DNA from: Tubulanus polymorphus
Lineage: Eukaryota; Animalia; Nemertea
NCBI RefSeq assembly: GCF_964204645.1
Contig: NC_134025.1
Location: 17,707,101 to 17,771,100 of the forward strand
Reading direction: 5' to 3'
Length of the DNA: 64,000 nucleotides
Shown here piece after piece: positions 12,301-26,048 of this stretch. The notes below the pieces were generated by a model. It did no database searches. It was not told the DNA's origin and worked only from the letters and a program-made list of their open reading frames with translations. Positions within the stretch are counted from its first letter, which is position 1. Every line of letters begins with the position of its first letter. A program made the translations under genes and the position numbers.

Positions 12301-13801
12301 ACCGTGCCATTTTTTGATCCCTATAAACGTCAGAAGTCGAGGACGTTTGCAACTCTATACAAGACACATGTGCAAGCTGGAAAGCAAAAACACGAAGATA
12401 ATCAAGGCAGACAGACAACTGATCCAGAGACTGTTGATTGCATCACAGGCGGGTCGAACGGTTGATCTACAAAAAGTGTTGGAAAACGAACTATTGGTCG
12501 ATACCTCAGATGAACTGCATATCAAAGTCAGCAATGCACTCCCTTTTGACAAAAGACGTGGCATTGAAAAGCTCAAAGGAAAACCGGACAACACTGGAAA
12601 AACATAGCCCATCATAGATAGTGATGCTCTTATTCAGTCCATTGGGAAACCACAGAAATGCAAGATGTTCAGTGATTATGCCAGAAACTTCGAAAAGACT
12701 GTGGTCAAAGAGTTAAGTGGCACAGTTACTAGAATTGATCTTTGTCAATCAAGTCTGTTACAAGATACAAAAGAACTGGGCAATATAGACCAATCCGGAG
12801 GGTGATAGATAGATCGGGATGATATCACAATGCAAGAGACAAGGAAGAATTTTATTTCCCTTGAAGACAACAAAGGTAACAAAGAAGACCTTGCAGGAAG
12901 CCCTTGTCTAAGACTAGCAAAAATCGAACCGGAGACGGAGAAATTTGGGGCAGCAACCCACACGGATTCTCCACAACACGAGGGGTTGTCTCAACATTAC
13001 AGCCCAAACACGAGGCCGATACAAGAATTATCCTGCACACCCTAGAGGCCATTCAAGCAGGGTTTGAAAGTATTGTAGTGAAGTGTCGTGACACAGATAA
13101 GCTCCTTCTGCTTCTTCCTTTCACTAGGGATAAAAGCTACCAAATCTGGATGATGAGTGAAACCAGTAAGGATGTTGAATGCTATCCTATTCATCCCATA
13201 AATCAAAAACTTCCACAGGCAGTGGTAAACAATACACTTGGGTTTCATGCAATATCTGGTCGTGATACTATCTCATCATTTGCTGGTCAAGGGAAGAGAT
13301 TGTGCTTAGCTGTTTACTTGAAGCACCCCGAGCTGTTGGAAGGCAAAGGCAAGGATGGTCCACTAGCCGGATTGGTGAGTTTGCATGTCTCCTGTACAAT
13401 GCACCAACTCCACCTCTGGCGTAGACAGAGGAAGGCATGACTTGTTTAATAAAGGCAAGAAGGCAATGAAACTGTTGCCACCAATAAGGGATGCACTGGG
13501 GTCGCATGCAGTGCGTGCAAACCATCAGGCCAAGATCTGGATACAGGCAGACAGGACTATTGTGGATATCCCAACTCCCCATGACGCAACAGGCTGGCAG
13601 GTTACAGACACAGCATTAGAAAAAGTGGGGTTCAGAAAGCCACCTGTTCCACTCAGCTGCTTGGAGCTTGTAACATGTGGATGTAAAACTAGGTGTCACA
13701 TCGGAGCTAGCAAGAGCCTCCGAAAGGGACTGCCATATTTACCTGCATGTGGCTGTGATGCAGATGTATGCCACAATACTGCAAGTCAGGGCGAAACATA
13801 A
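9361..13801 (+). pseudogene. Decayed Academ (AcademX-type) transposase gene: DDE domain, XPG/PIN-like nuclease and Cys-rich C-terminus
   Basis: N-terminal CLICQ; FDQP and GLHITFNF..IG..M..TGLDDVW.ES..FG...KRYYRA (DDE region); HEADTRIILH, DTD, FHAISG.DT.SSFAG.GK, LPP.RDAL..H..RANHQA.IW (XPG-like); LELVTCGCKT.C...ACGC (Cys cluster). Many frameshifts and an insertion at ~11335-12130. Confidence 0.8.
11522..11652 (-). mobile_element. Possible LINE 3' tail inserted in the Academ gene
   Basis: The minus strand ends in AATAAA followed by an (ATACAA)n short-repeat tail. Confidence 0.3.
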
Positions 13802-14187
13802 TTACTTACAGCTATTCATCCTTAACCCAGATTTCTTATTCAAGATAAAACGCAGATTGGATGTTGATAGGTGGAAGATAACATTGACTTATTTTCAGAA
13901 ATATTAACTTTTTCATAATCTGACCCTTAAATATGACCTTGTAGGTTGAATTCCATTTGACGAATTGTAATAATTTCATTTTGTATTACTCTTTTGGACA
14001 CAAATAAACCGGAGAAGTATCGATTATCTACAAAAATATATGAAAATAACATTTAAAGAATGGTTTATTTATTTTTCGCCTAATCCAGGCGATAAGGAGT
14101 TATGGTCGTCTTAAATCATGGTATCCTTCATGATTACCTATAAATTTGGAAATGAACACTCTCATATCTCACTTAGTTTTCATCTGT

Positions 14188-14479
14188 CTAACCACACCCC
14201 AACATTATAGGACAATATATTAACAAGGCAAGCTTATATAGGTCTGCTGGGTGATTTGAAGAAGCTACATACCTATGGGTGCCCCCTTTTGGCCAAATCC
14301 AAAAAAATACTTTGTAGGTACTGGTCCATAGAACATTCAAATTCCCAGGGGCACCCCCTGGGGGACAAATCCAAAAAATGGCTCTGACGCAAAGTTGACA
14401 GACGCACAAACGAACGAACAAACATACTGACGGACAACGACGGCTCACCCCCTGACCTTCAGTCACAGCGGAGCTAAAA
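14188..14479 (+). mobile_element. 3' part of a Helentron-associated non-autonomous element (HINE)
   Basis: GACG/AACG-type tetranucleotide tract, then a 3' hairpin (GCTC...TGACCTTCAGTCA...GAGC) and TAAAA. Confidence 0.5.
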
Positions 14480-14483
14480 GAGG

Positions 14484-15379
14484 AAACAAGAGCCCCAAGG
14501 GGCACTATCGCCAGCCTGTCAGCTTTTCATAAAATGGCAAATGATGCATTCTGTAGGTTAAATTTGTCCAAATACACTCCCAGCTCAGGCTAGTCAATCC
14601 CAGGCTAATAATTTTCACAATTCAATCGTGTTTTCATAAGTAGCACAGACAGTGATTGCGGCTGGCAGGAACAAATACCTCAGATAAATCTTTTCCCTTG
14701 GTCATATTGATTTGAATGCGGAATAGAATTGAATTTTCTGAAATTTGCTCAACAAAACAAAATAGAATTGGACTTGCTGCTTTACCTTATTCAATCAAGT
14801 AAAATTGATTGGATTTGATATTTTTTTGCAGAATAAAATTTGATTGAATTTGCAGTTTGAGCACATGGCGAATTAGCATATCAAGGTCATCCATCCGATT
14901 TGAGAAAAAGCTATTTTTCCCGGACTTTGCAAAATTGGCAATGATATTTTCTGTAGTGCAAATAAAAATATTCCTCCCCAAAATCCAAATCAACTAAAGA
15001 TTTCACAGAAATCGATATTGAAATACAATTTTAGATCTTAAAATAAAACCCGAAGTAAAACGGTAGACGATACCGCGGGTTCACGTGAACACCTGCTGAT
15101 CTCTGCGGCTAAAGCGAAGGAGTCTTTGCTTTCTGATAAGCTCTTTAAAAGAGATATTTTTGCAATCAGATTTTCACGAAAAAGCTCATATAAATTTTAA
15201 AGAGACCCTCTTTCAAAATTCAGCTTCATAGGGGTTGGAGAATGGATAATCCTCTAATGAATGATTTAAATGAATATATGCTGAGTTGCACAGTCAAAGA
15301 GCCATAACTCTGGAAACCATGGCATTTAAATTCACACCATTTGTATAGCAATAGGCTCAGCCTACGGCTGGCCTAAAAA
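14484..15379 (+). mobile_element. HINE-like element, family A
   Basis: Starts AAACAAGAGCCCCAAGGGGC (5' hairpin) and ends TAGGCTCAGCCTACGGCTGGCCTAAAA (3' hairpin). The 3' half is repeated at 55369-55845. Confidence 0.65.
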
Positions 15380-17879
15380 CTCAAAAGTTGACCTCAATTG
15401 ACCTTTGAACTTCAAATTCGACCTTAAAGGTCAAGTGCGATTTCGGCAACCGAGTGATACAGAATCCCTGGACTATGACAATACTTCCTGGCATGGTTGC
15501 CAGCTTTACAAAAATAATTTGCCATAGGCAAAGTAGTTTACCTTTCTACTATCTAGAAGAACATACAATTATACATGCATTTTGATTTCAACTTGCGTCC
15601 TGGCTGCTAGTTTTTGTTTAGATACGTCCGGAAAACTATAAGGGCTCTGGGAAGCATGACACAAAATTTGATATTGGGTGTGATTTAGCAATTCTTTGTA
15701 TTTAGCATAAAAATCCAAGAAGCCAATTAAACAGTTCCAAAATTCTCATTTTAGGTCTACCAGCCCATTTTCTTCCTGATGAATGTGGCAATATTTTCCT
15801 ATAGGTATAGATTTTGTTCAATCAATGCTCTATCCAATCATTCCAGCCTTGAATGCAGAGAGGCCTAGATGATGAGACAGCACAAATACTCATCAGAAAG
15901 TGACAAACAATGATTTATTGACTTTCTGAAATTGGCATATAATATATTTTTAGAACAAATAAACGTAGAATATTTTATCATACGGGAGTCTCCTACAATT
16001 TTGAGGTCTCTGAAAAATTTCAACCTCAAACATTCCGAACTGAATATTTAGTTTAAAAACAGAAAATGTCAAAACTTTATTGTCAATTAACTGTTTTTAA
16101 AATGGTAAATTTCCCGTTCTAGAAGATTTAAAAACCTTTTGAGTATGTGGAATTAAGTGGACACCTTTCACTCCTTTGCTTACCCAGATAACGTAACGTA
16201 TAGTACCTATATATACTTTATTGTTATGGTTTTACGTCAAGAAACTGCGATTTTACCAAACCTTGACCAAGTTATATAATATTTTAAGGTTACCTTAAAA
16301 TATTAACGTAAGTATCCATCGAAGAAGTATCTAACGAAGTTAAAAGAGGGGCACAGTTATTTATAGTTGCCACAGAAATAGTTCAAATGATTATCCACAA
16401 CAATAAAGCGTTCCTAATAAAGCTCATTTCAATTAAAAACTTACTTCTTAATTAGGAACAGACAGCGTATGACAGTATTTATAATACGCGCTAGGAGAGC
16501 ACAATAGTGCAACGCGCGGTTATACGTGAAAACAGAGTATACATACACTTTGCCGTGCACTGCGGTGTGTATGTATGTACGTTAGATATATGGATTACAT
16601 ATCAGCTGATTTACGTAGTGTGCGGATTTTAACGTGTATGCGCTGTTAGGCGAAGAATGCCAATATACCGCAAACACACCGGCAAACACACTAATTAGCC
16701 TACGGCAATAGCAAATGAAAAAACGCACACGTGTGGAACCAATTAACTCTCATTTCAACAAAAATGATGCCAAACATTTGTCGACTGCTTCCTCTGAAAA
16801 TGCCGGCTCTCGTACTGGCGCCATTGTCTATTACTCTTTCAAAGAAAGAATGTATTTTGTACGAGTCGGTGAAAATAAGACAATGACAAGACAAAGCCGG
16901 GCTAGGACTATAGAAATATAGTCACACTTACTAAGTTCGAGATACTAAATTAAGATAGCCGACTATTTTAATCCTCACAACCGAACAAACTAACAGCGAA
17001 CTAAGCTCGGCACAAATATAAATTGAATTGCTCGCCATTTTGTGACTCCCGAAATTACGTCAGAGGTGCCGAAATTCCCGGAAATTCAGAGAATTTCCCG
17101 TATTCACGTCAGAAACTCAAATATAGGTCAACACAAGTAACTTATGGAAAGCGAAGAATTTTCGATGTTTTTTGCGTTTTTCTCAAAAAATATTGCATCA
17201 TCCGTTCGAAGCTTACCGACCTCCGTGCATCAATTCTACTTGCTTCATGATATAAGACAACCCCGTAAGTATTACCACTAAATTTTGTGCCATCAGAAGT
17301 TTCTTAGGGGATCACGGCTGGCTGACTACTGCACAGCGTGAATGTTCAAATACAGAAAATGTATCTATAACTTTTCTTCAAATTTCGGGAGGCGGGTCCC
17401 GTAAGCCAAGCTATTAAAAAAAGGACTTACTATGCAGAACTGTTCACTTCAACAATTCAACTGGGCACTATGGTGAGACTAGAGCCTCAGACAGTGGTAG
17501 GCACGAACAAATATGGCAGATTGCTTTTTTACCTTAAACTTTAGGTAGAGTGAGATATGGCCGGTTTGAGTTCAAAAAGATGATGTGTATCACTTTCAAA
17601 GACTTTTTAATCCGACAACTTCAATGAAAATCTATGATAAAGTATTTATTTCATTCAAAACACTTATTTCACTGTATGAAAATCACACATATTCATATAT
17701 GTTGTCATCGTAGCATGTGCAGTGTGAGACACTAGAGATATGCCAGCGCAAAACAAGTAAATTAATGAGCTAGTGACAGCCAATAGCATTCAGTCATTTC
17801 CGAAAAAAATCATCCACACCTCAGACTTTTATGATTCCAATAGGAGGTCGAGTAAACATGACGTCCTAAAAACAGTAAA

Positions 17880-18132
17880 CCCTTTCGCTACGTGGTACAC
17901 GGTGATCGCATTTTCATAGAGAATTTTCATAACACCCATGCGCCTTCTATCGCAAAACCTTCGAAATACTTCAAATACTTTGTACAAAGAGTCGTTTCGA
18001 AATATATTTAGTGGATCAATATTAATTAATATATTCTCTAATTGTGCAGGCTACCTTGCTACACCAAAATCACCAAAAATTTCGATTTCTGGCTCAGTAA
18101 AGTGGGTGGATATAAGGCCAGTACTGAAAGGG
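17880..18132. mobile_element. piggyBac-like MITE
   Basis: CCCTTTCGCTAC...GTACTGAAAGGG termini with TAAA/TTAA flanks. Confidence 0.5.
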
Positions 18133-19083
18133 TTAAGAAAAGTGTTAACAGGGAAAGAGTTCTTGTAATTTTATCAGAGGTTGTCAGAAGTAATTCCCAT
18201 CATATCGTAATGGTTTTTAGCAAGAACTGGAACTAACCTTTTCATTTGCAGAAATTATTTCTTCTTCTAAACATTGGTTTCTTGAAACAAGTTCTTGGTT
18301 CTTTTCAAGTAAGGACTGCCCAATTCTTGCAGCTATTTCTAGATCACTTTCTTTCTACAAAGAGTAACAAGAAGTTAATAGAACTATAACTAGAACAGGA
18401 AGTCCAATGTCTTTGAGGCTGACGCTACGAAAAGTATCCCCATGACTATCGCTGTGGGTCATCAATTTATATCGCATTACTCTTCAACTTAGTAGCATGA
18501 TTATCTATTCTGTCAGATTTCCTAGTGAGATTTATTTTTAGCATGTCCGCAAATTTTGAATACATGAGAATTATCTTATAAAATTCCTCACCAGACAATG
18601 CTGCCCTCTATAAGAATAAATCATGTGTTGAGTAAATAACAACTTAAAGAATAATTGAAAGGCTGAATCCAAGAACATGTCTATCGCACTTTTGAGCTCA
18701 AATGTCTACTTTTACTTAGTAGCCACTTGAGAACAATAAGCAATTTATAATATCGGCTACTTTTCCAGTAGTATACATTCAAAAACAGTCACTCTGAAAT
18801 AGTCTACCTTTCAATTCAGTTGGTTTTCTATAGTAGCTGTTTGGAAAAGTCTACTACTGAAAAGTGACCATTTTAAAACATCATGTATAATATTATTCCA
18901 AGCTTTTCCTTATTTGACTGGCACTGAAATTCAAGTGGTGCCTGTCATATGACTTGATTTGTTGAAATTGAATTGGATTTGATATTATTTGATAGACAGT
19001 TGAATATCACTCCCTAACCCTTGCCGTATGTCTTGGCAAGGTTACCAAGGGTAACTCTTCCAGGTACATGCAGTAAGAAATAT

Positions 19084-20885
19084 TTAAAAAATGTCTATAG
19101 TGGTGTGTTGAAACGGGTATGAAGGTCTCACATGCTCGACAGGTAAGGGAGACATGATCTGCTTACAAGTGACCTTGTTAATTCGTCGACAGGTTACACA
19201 ATTGTATCTCACGGTGTAAGCTATACGCTGAACACCAACAATCCAAAAGAGTGATCGGACCTTCGCGATAGAAGCTGATACACGGTGGTGCCCTCGCTGG
19301 TGAATGTGTTCAACATACATTTGCAAAAATGAATGGTTCTGAGGAACTAGAATGGGGGTGTAGTGTTCGCCATCCAGAATACGCCCTCTAATTCGCCAAA
19401 TCCCATTTTGGTCTTGAAACAGTGAGTATCGAATAAATCTTTTGAAGATATAGTCGACTGATAATTGAGCTTGAGGGTTTCTTATCCAAAATTTCAAAGC
19501 TAAATCACGTTGTTCTAGTGATAGAGTGATCACGACTCATAGCATTCACTTCACCAGTCTTAGGATCCCAATCCAACAGTGCGAGTATCCGAGCTGATAC
19601 ACCAAGTAATAAATCATAGTTCTTGAACTGAGTAATATCGATGAAAACAGCTATGGCATCCGCCTTGCACTGAGGACCATACTGCATTATGTCTGCGGTA
19701 TCATCATCTTCAGTCATTACAGTATAAAGGACCTTCTTGCGCTGCTCCGCCATGATTTGGACGCATGATTGATGCACTGGCCACAGTTGAAACTCAGTGT
19801 ATAAAAACTCGGGACTATCCTGCCATGGTAATCCAGATTTCAGTTCTCCCAGAGAACATCCTCTTGTTATGCGATCAGCTATATTGTAACCTCCTGAGAT
19901 CCAATACCATTGGTCAGGACTTGTGTGTTCCTGGATCTCGCCTATTCGATTTGTCACAAATGTATTAAAACCATGACTCTGGCGCTGTATCATGGCACAT
20001 ACAATCTCACTATCCAGGATGAAAATGACAAGCTCAAAGTGTAGTCTAGATTCTTTTATGATGAACATAGCAAGTCTTTTACTCAGAACAGTGCCTTGAA
20101 GTTCAGAACAGACTATAATGAGGACATCCTCAGACTCTACAGGACAAACACGAGATTTCGAGGCAATCAGGTGACAAGAGTATGAGCCAACAGTTCTCTT
20201 CCACAAGTATATGCACAACAGCCAAATGAGTTCATTGATGAGTCTGAAAACATAACAAGCCATGGGTCTCCAGTGGCATTGGCAGGCTGTATGCAGCGGT
20301 CAAAGTGGATCTCCTCCAACTGGAACATTTCATTGAAGAATTTACGCCACTCTACCTCTAGGTCGGGTGGCATCGTCTCATCCCACTTCTGATCATTACC
20401 GTTCGGGTTGAGAGACATTTTCCTCTTCCACATACGGCTCATAAGAATTTTCGCACAGATCGTAAAAGGAGCTAGTCATCCAAACGGATCGTAAATCCCG
20501 TTGATCTGAGAATTCCCCTGGGAGTGAAACACGCTGGGTTTGTTTCAGTAATCTCTCCGGGACGTAGGTCAGGCTTTGTACGTACTTTCTTGACTCGCTT
20601 CGAGAAGTTTATGTGGACTTTGAATAGTAGGGGGTCATTGCTGGACTGCCATTTGACACCAAGAACACAATTTTGCTCACGTCCGAGTGAGTGTCCAGAA
20701 TTCGCTTCAATACCAATTAACCACTCTTTCTTTTTTAAATTGCCAATCGCTAGAACCTCTTCAATATCTGTAGTCAACTTCTTGGCTACTTCATTAGTTG
20801 TACAACGTATATCTGGTCCTTGATAACATTGGCTGCCTCAGGGTAGTCATTTTTACATAGTTCAGCTGTTTTACGCAAATCTATT
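19084..20885 (-). pseudogene. Decayed BEL/Pao LTR-retrotransposon pol fragment (RT, RNase H, integrase Zn-binding region)
   Basis: VLGVKW, WD..MP..L..EW..F, FSDSS..SFGCCAY, LIASKSRV.P, ELQG..L..RL, DSEIV, FVTNRIGEIQ, NIAD.ITRG, W...PEFL, H...H...C..C, M.PLP..V.P..PF..T.ID. No LTRs recognised. Confidence 0.9.
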
Positions 20886-21593
20886 GCAGCCCAACTTGCA
20901 AATAGTTGTACTGTGCTCCCCTCTCAGAAACACTTGATATCAGCTGACCAAATCAGTTTTGCCGGGTCATTGTGAGTGTCAGGTTAATACAATAAACTTC
21001 ATGATCATATGGTTTATGCTCGTTTTGTTACTTAATATTCAGGTAAGATCATAATCTTCTTGAATTCATTATGAATATGTCTGTGATTTTGTGGTGCATG
21101 TGAGTTTCCTGGGATAATTTTGGGAATTATTTGTTTTTATGCTACAATTTAATGGTGTTGCAATTCAGAATATTCAAGTTTTTTTGCGTTTAAAAGTAGC
21201 GGTGTACCTATCCTGAGGATACGTGATCTAATTATAAGCTTATTTTCTAATCATAATTACCCATATGATTCATATTTCTAACAGTAGACATAAAATATTC
21301 TAATGTCAGCCATTAGCTGAGGCTACACCCGATTTGTTCATTTTCAGTCCAGAAATTTAGGGGGTTATCAAATAAACGGTCACCTACTATAATTCATGCA
21401 AATTAGGTCATTTCCAAAATACGTTAACTTCAGTAAGAAAATTTGCGGAACTTTTGGTTTTTAGAACAATAATGAGGGGTGGTAGATAGTCATTCAATTC
21501 AAGTCATGATTTACCATATGTTACTTCCTGATTGTTGAAAATCTTGCAAGAATGGCGCAACATTGACACTGGCAATAAATGGCAATTATCATA

Positions 21594-22141
21594 CCATAAA
21601 AACCAGCATTGAGTTTTTGATCCTTGATTGTACCACTAAAATATTGACCTCAACTTATACACCGAGTACAGTTTTCTACTTAGAATTTTAAGGTCACAAC
21701 AAAATACTTATTAATGACGTTTTATTACAAGTTCTACGAAACAAAAAGACTTTGCTCACCTTCTCACTGCTATAATAGTTACAATAATTATTAATGACAA
21801 ATAAAGTTTTTAAATAAAAAACCCCTTTCAATTCAACACAGCTTCACTTGAAACGATGTATTCATATAAGCGCGCTCATAGCAGCGCTTAATACATTAGG
21901 CTGAGTGTGTGTGTAATATTCTATTGATTAACAAACAGCTGCAATCAGGCTGACCCGCGGTGTGTGTGAAGGTGCACATCGTTATCAAAACAAACTATTC
22001 AATTACAATGATATGAGTTATTATTCTCGTCAGAGAAGGGACACGACGTATAAGCGGGATATATGTTAAAATCATGAATTGCAGGCCCAAAAATCGACCT
22101 CAACTTATATGCTGCATACACATATATGTCGGTTTCTACGT
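21594..22141. mobile_element. Older copy of the pogo-like MITE at 48274-48849
   Basis: Colinear similarity to 48274-48849; TA flanks; degenerate CC(A)TAAAAACC...GGTTTCTACG(T) termini. Confidence 0.7.
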
Positions 22142-23014
22142 TACCGGTACATACTTTTTTGTACATATTCATAATTAAGCAGCTATAAAATGCCGATGAA
22201 CAATTGCATGTTTACAATCAGTATGTTTGGCTGCGATGGTTGCCTGGGAACACCGGTAACCAGCCAATTTTTTCGCTACTTTAATGTTGATAAAAAACAA
22301 TATCAAAACAAGCTATTTTAGTGATATTTGCAAGCTATTGGACGTTTACATTTGCCATAATTACTAATCCCGCAAGATAATCAAGAACCCGGAGGTAATG
22401 CAAGCACTTCCACACAAATTTATTATTCAAAAGATACCGGCGCATACACAGACCATATCTTTTGCAAGACATAAACAATAACAATAATCAACCCATGTGG
22501 TCTAGCATGAAATGAAAGAACCTCTACTTGAGAGAAAAAAATCACATTACCATACTTAAAGTAAGAAATAAATAAAATTTACTGCTTCACAAATAAAACT
22601 TTTTATTAGTCAAATTGTATAAAAATTGTCAACGATCTTTAGATCTAGTGTTAAATTTGGATTCACTGCATGCAAGCAGAGTTGACTGAACTGAAAATAT
22701 CGATTCATAAATTGCCCATCATTACCTTAAGAAAATAAAACCCAAATTAGGAAGGCCTGTAGGCCTACCAATACCTAGATCAATAGGGCAACCAAAATGA
22801 TTTCAAAAAGCGTCTAGTTGACAGCAATAAGTAATGAACTTCAAATTAGAATTAAGAATATTTGGATATCCATCAAAAACTTACGGCAGTTATTAATGGA
22901 TCAGTTAACACAACAGAATTGCCTATAGCTAATTTTTTAGCAGTTCAGATATCACCAATTAACATGTTTACAGGAAATCTCAAAATAGTTCTTAAACAAT
23001 AGATGTTGATATTC

Positions 23015-24109
23015 AACTAGGGGTCCAGGGACACCATGCCCACTTGGGAAGTGGTTCCAAATGCTCAACAATCTAACAATTTCAATATTCAACGCCCCCT
23101 GGTGACCATATACAGAATCCAATGACCTTGAAACTCACCACAATCATAGAACATGTCAGCAGTTACGATTTTGTAATTGATTGTGATAACAAAATATGCC
23201 TCCTTACCAATCTAACATGAAAATACTAAGTTATTCTACCATTCAACGCCCCTGGTGACCATATTCAAAACCCAATGACCTTGAAACTCACCACAATCAT
23301 AGAACATGTCACGAACTATAACTTTGTAACTGATCATGGTAACAAAATATGCCTAGGTACCAATATAATAAGGAAATACTGAGTTATTCTACTATTCAAC
23401 GCCCCCTGGTGACCATATAGAATAACTAAGGGCCTTTAAACTTGCCACAATCAAAGATGTCATGAGTTACAACTTGGCAATTGATTGTGGTTACAAAATA
23501 TGCATTGATACGAATATAATATAGAAATACTAAGATATTGCATTATTCAATGCCCCCTGGTGGCCATATACAAAAACCAATGACCTTGAAACTCACCACA
23601 ATCATAGAACACGTTATGAGCTACAACTTTCTAAATGATTGTGGTCACAAAATACACTTAGGTATCAATATAATGTGGGAAAACTTTTTCCCACTTACGA
23701 ATGAGTACCGCTGACACCAAGATGGCCGCCAATTGCGTCATAATTGGCTGAAAAATACCTGCCATTTTTGGGCACTAAAAAGGTCATTCACATACATCCA
23801 AAAGATCAAGGTAATTGATAAAAGCGTCTTCAAAATTTCCCTCAAAAAGTTCAAAAATGTGTAAAAAGTGCTGATTTTGGCGAACAACAATGGCTGCCAG
23901 TCGGCCATCTTGAATCAGACAGGGCCAGTTTTTGGGCTGAAGATGTGTCTAGGGTAGATACATGTGTAACCCAAATATCAAGACATTACCTTGAAGCGCC
24001 TTCAAAACTTCCCAAAATAACTGGATTCCATCTACGGACGGATGGACTGACGGATGGACGAAAAGTGAACGCAATAGCCCGCTGGGACTAAAGTCCCAAG
24101 TGGGCTAAA
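23015..24109 (+). mobile_element. HINE family B with ~153-bp internal tandem array (~4 units)
   Basis: 5' AACTAGGGGTCCAGGGACACC; subterminal IR GCCCACTTGGGA / TCCCAAGTGGGC; (GACG/GATG)n tract; 3' hairpin TAGCCCGCTGGGACTAAAGTCCCAAGTGGGCTA. The unit marker AACGCCCCCTGGTG recurs at ~23091, 23245, 23398 and 23549. Confidence 0.85.
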
Positions 24110-24724
24110 TATCAAAAAAGTTTTGGCGCCAAAAAATCTAATTTGATAGTGATAGTCATGATAGTCATTGCGCATGAAATAATGTTTCATTCATTTTGGT
24201 GTCATTTTCAAGGACATAGGCCTATGTGTCAGTAAATGTTTGCCACTGTGTGTTTGAGTAGGAACGCGGTATTATTATTTATTTTGGATCCTATAAATCG
24301 CATGATTCATTTCGTTCCAAAAATGGAAAATTTTAACTACTGACAGAGCCTATCCTCAATCCTCATAGTGAATCAAGTCATTGGTTTTTATGTTACCAGA
24401 GGTATTGAGAGCTCAGTCTTTGTTTTCATTCATTTGGAGCCTCTGCATTAGTACCATAATGAATTGTGAAGTAAATATATACACATTTTCTATAATTGTG
24501 GATATGTTGTTTTATTTGCATGCAGTGGTATTTTCAATTTTTCAGATAAAAAGTAATTCAGGTAGATTATAGTTGCTTTGCGATTTCAGCTACAATCGAA
24601 CATTTAATTTCACCACAATATCATTTCAACCCATTTTGTTGGCATTTATTCACTTTGGAACATGTGATATATTGGCAGTGAATATAATTGTGAGATTTGA
24701 GATGGGATTACAACTGAATTTCGA

Positions 24725-24942
24725 TTTTAGCCCACTCTCGACTTTATTCCTAGCGGGCTATTGTGTTCACTTTTCTTCGTCCGTCCGTAGACGGAATCCA
24801 GTTATTTTGGGAAGTTGTAAAGACGCTTCAATGTAATGTCTTCATATTTCGTTTACACATGTTTCATCTTCAGCCCAGTAACTGGCCCTGTCAGATTTAA
24901 GATGGCCGACTGGCAGCCATTGTTATTTGCCAAAATAAGCAC
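24725..24942 (-). mobile_element. 3' fragment of HINE family B
   Basis: Reverse complement of ~23870-24109, including the 3' hairpin. Confidence 0.75.
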
Positions 24943-25344
24943 GTGCATGCTTGCAAGCCCATATTGCTATCACACGGATTGATTACTTGCTTGGGGAGTC
25001 GATAACTTTCGTTAGAAACTTTCTTGGGCTCTGATTGCAGTATTAAAATCTAGGTTCATTTCGTACATTGGCTATTTCTTTGTTTCATGATTTTATTTAA
25101 TCGGTTTTGTTATTACAGCAGCGCACACCAACCTTGGTTGAGCGTGCGTGATCAGTCTTGAAATTGGTATTCATGCACGGCATAGTGCTGATGACAATTC
25201 AATTCATTCTTTATTGACACAATTAAAATTCCATCTACAAGCTTGCACTATCTTGGTCCACGTCTACAATAAAACCATTCCGATTCCCACTCCCCGGGTG
25301 TAATATTTCATGTAACAAAGTAAGACATCCTGTAATGTCCTGTG

Positions 25345-25510
25345 CTGTGGCTTGGTGGATCTCACAATCGAGAGTTGTGGGTTCAAATCAGACTGAAACT
25401 ATGCTATTCAGGCAGGACACATATCAGTTCCAGTCGTCTCAATGATTTAACAACGAAAGTCGTACCCGCTAATAATACTCGTCTCACGAGGGTTAAGCAG
25501 TAACTTATAG
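25345..25510 (+). mobile_element. Possible tRNA-derived SINE remnant
   Basis: A-box-like TGGCTTGGTGG (25348) and B-box-like GGTTCAAATC (25380). No intact cloverleaf. Confidence 0.35.
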
Positions 25511-25669
25511 AAAACTTATAGAAGACAACACTGATCTCTAGCTCTTTAAAAAGTAAAATTAGTTCAAAGTTCGATTAATTCTACTACAGAAATACAAAAC
25601 CACCAAGCCTTCAGTACAACCACATCAGCAAGCCTATTTTTTAGAATTTCTTTCTTGTTCTGTTTATTC

Positions 25670-26048
25670 AATTTGAGTCCTGTAGCTTCTTACTGGTTTG
25701 CCATGTTTCATTGAAATTTGTGATGGCTATTGTATGAAAAGGGATCTTTAATATCAGAGACAGGTATTTTTGATCAACCAATTATCACACAATTGGTAGC
25801 CATCTTGATGTCATCAGTACTTATTCGTTGGAAACAAGTTTTTCCACATTTCATTGATACCTAAGCATATTTCTTACCACAATCAATTGGAAAATTGTAG
25901 CTGAAAACATGTTCTGTGATTGTGGCGAGTTTCAAGGTCATTCGGTTTTGCATATGGTCTCCAGGGAGCGTTGAATATTAAAATTGTTAGATTGTAGAGC
26001 ATTTGAAACCACGTTCCAAATGGGCATGGTGTCCCTGGACCCCTAGTT
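25670..26048 (-). mobile_element. HINE family B, one-unit partial copy
   Basis: Ends in GGACCCCTAGTT (reverse of the family 5' end) and contains one repeat unit. Confidence 0.75.

Noticed and set aside
16700-17250. Possible promoter or first exon (CpG-richer, TTCCCGGAA and TTACGTCA motifs, MAPVREPAFSEEAVDK)
   Set aside because: The frame closes after 24 codons without a convincing donor, and such short motifs are expected by chance.
23090-23700. Regularly spaced repeats resembling a CRISPR array
   Set aside because: Whole ~153-bp units are homologous (no unique spacers), there are no cas genes, the context is eukaryotic, and the array sits inside HINE termini.
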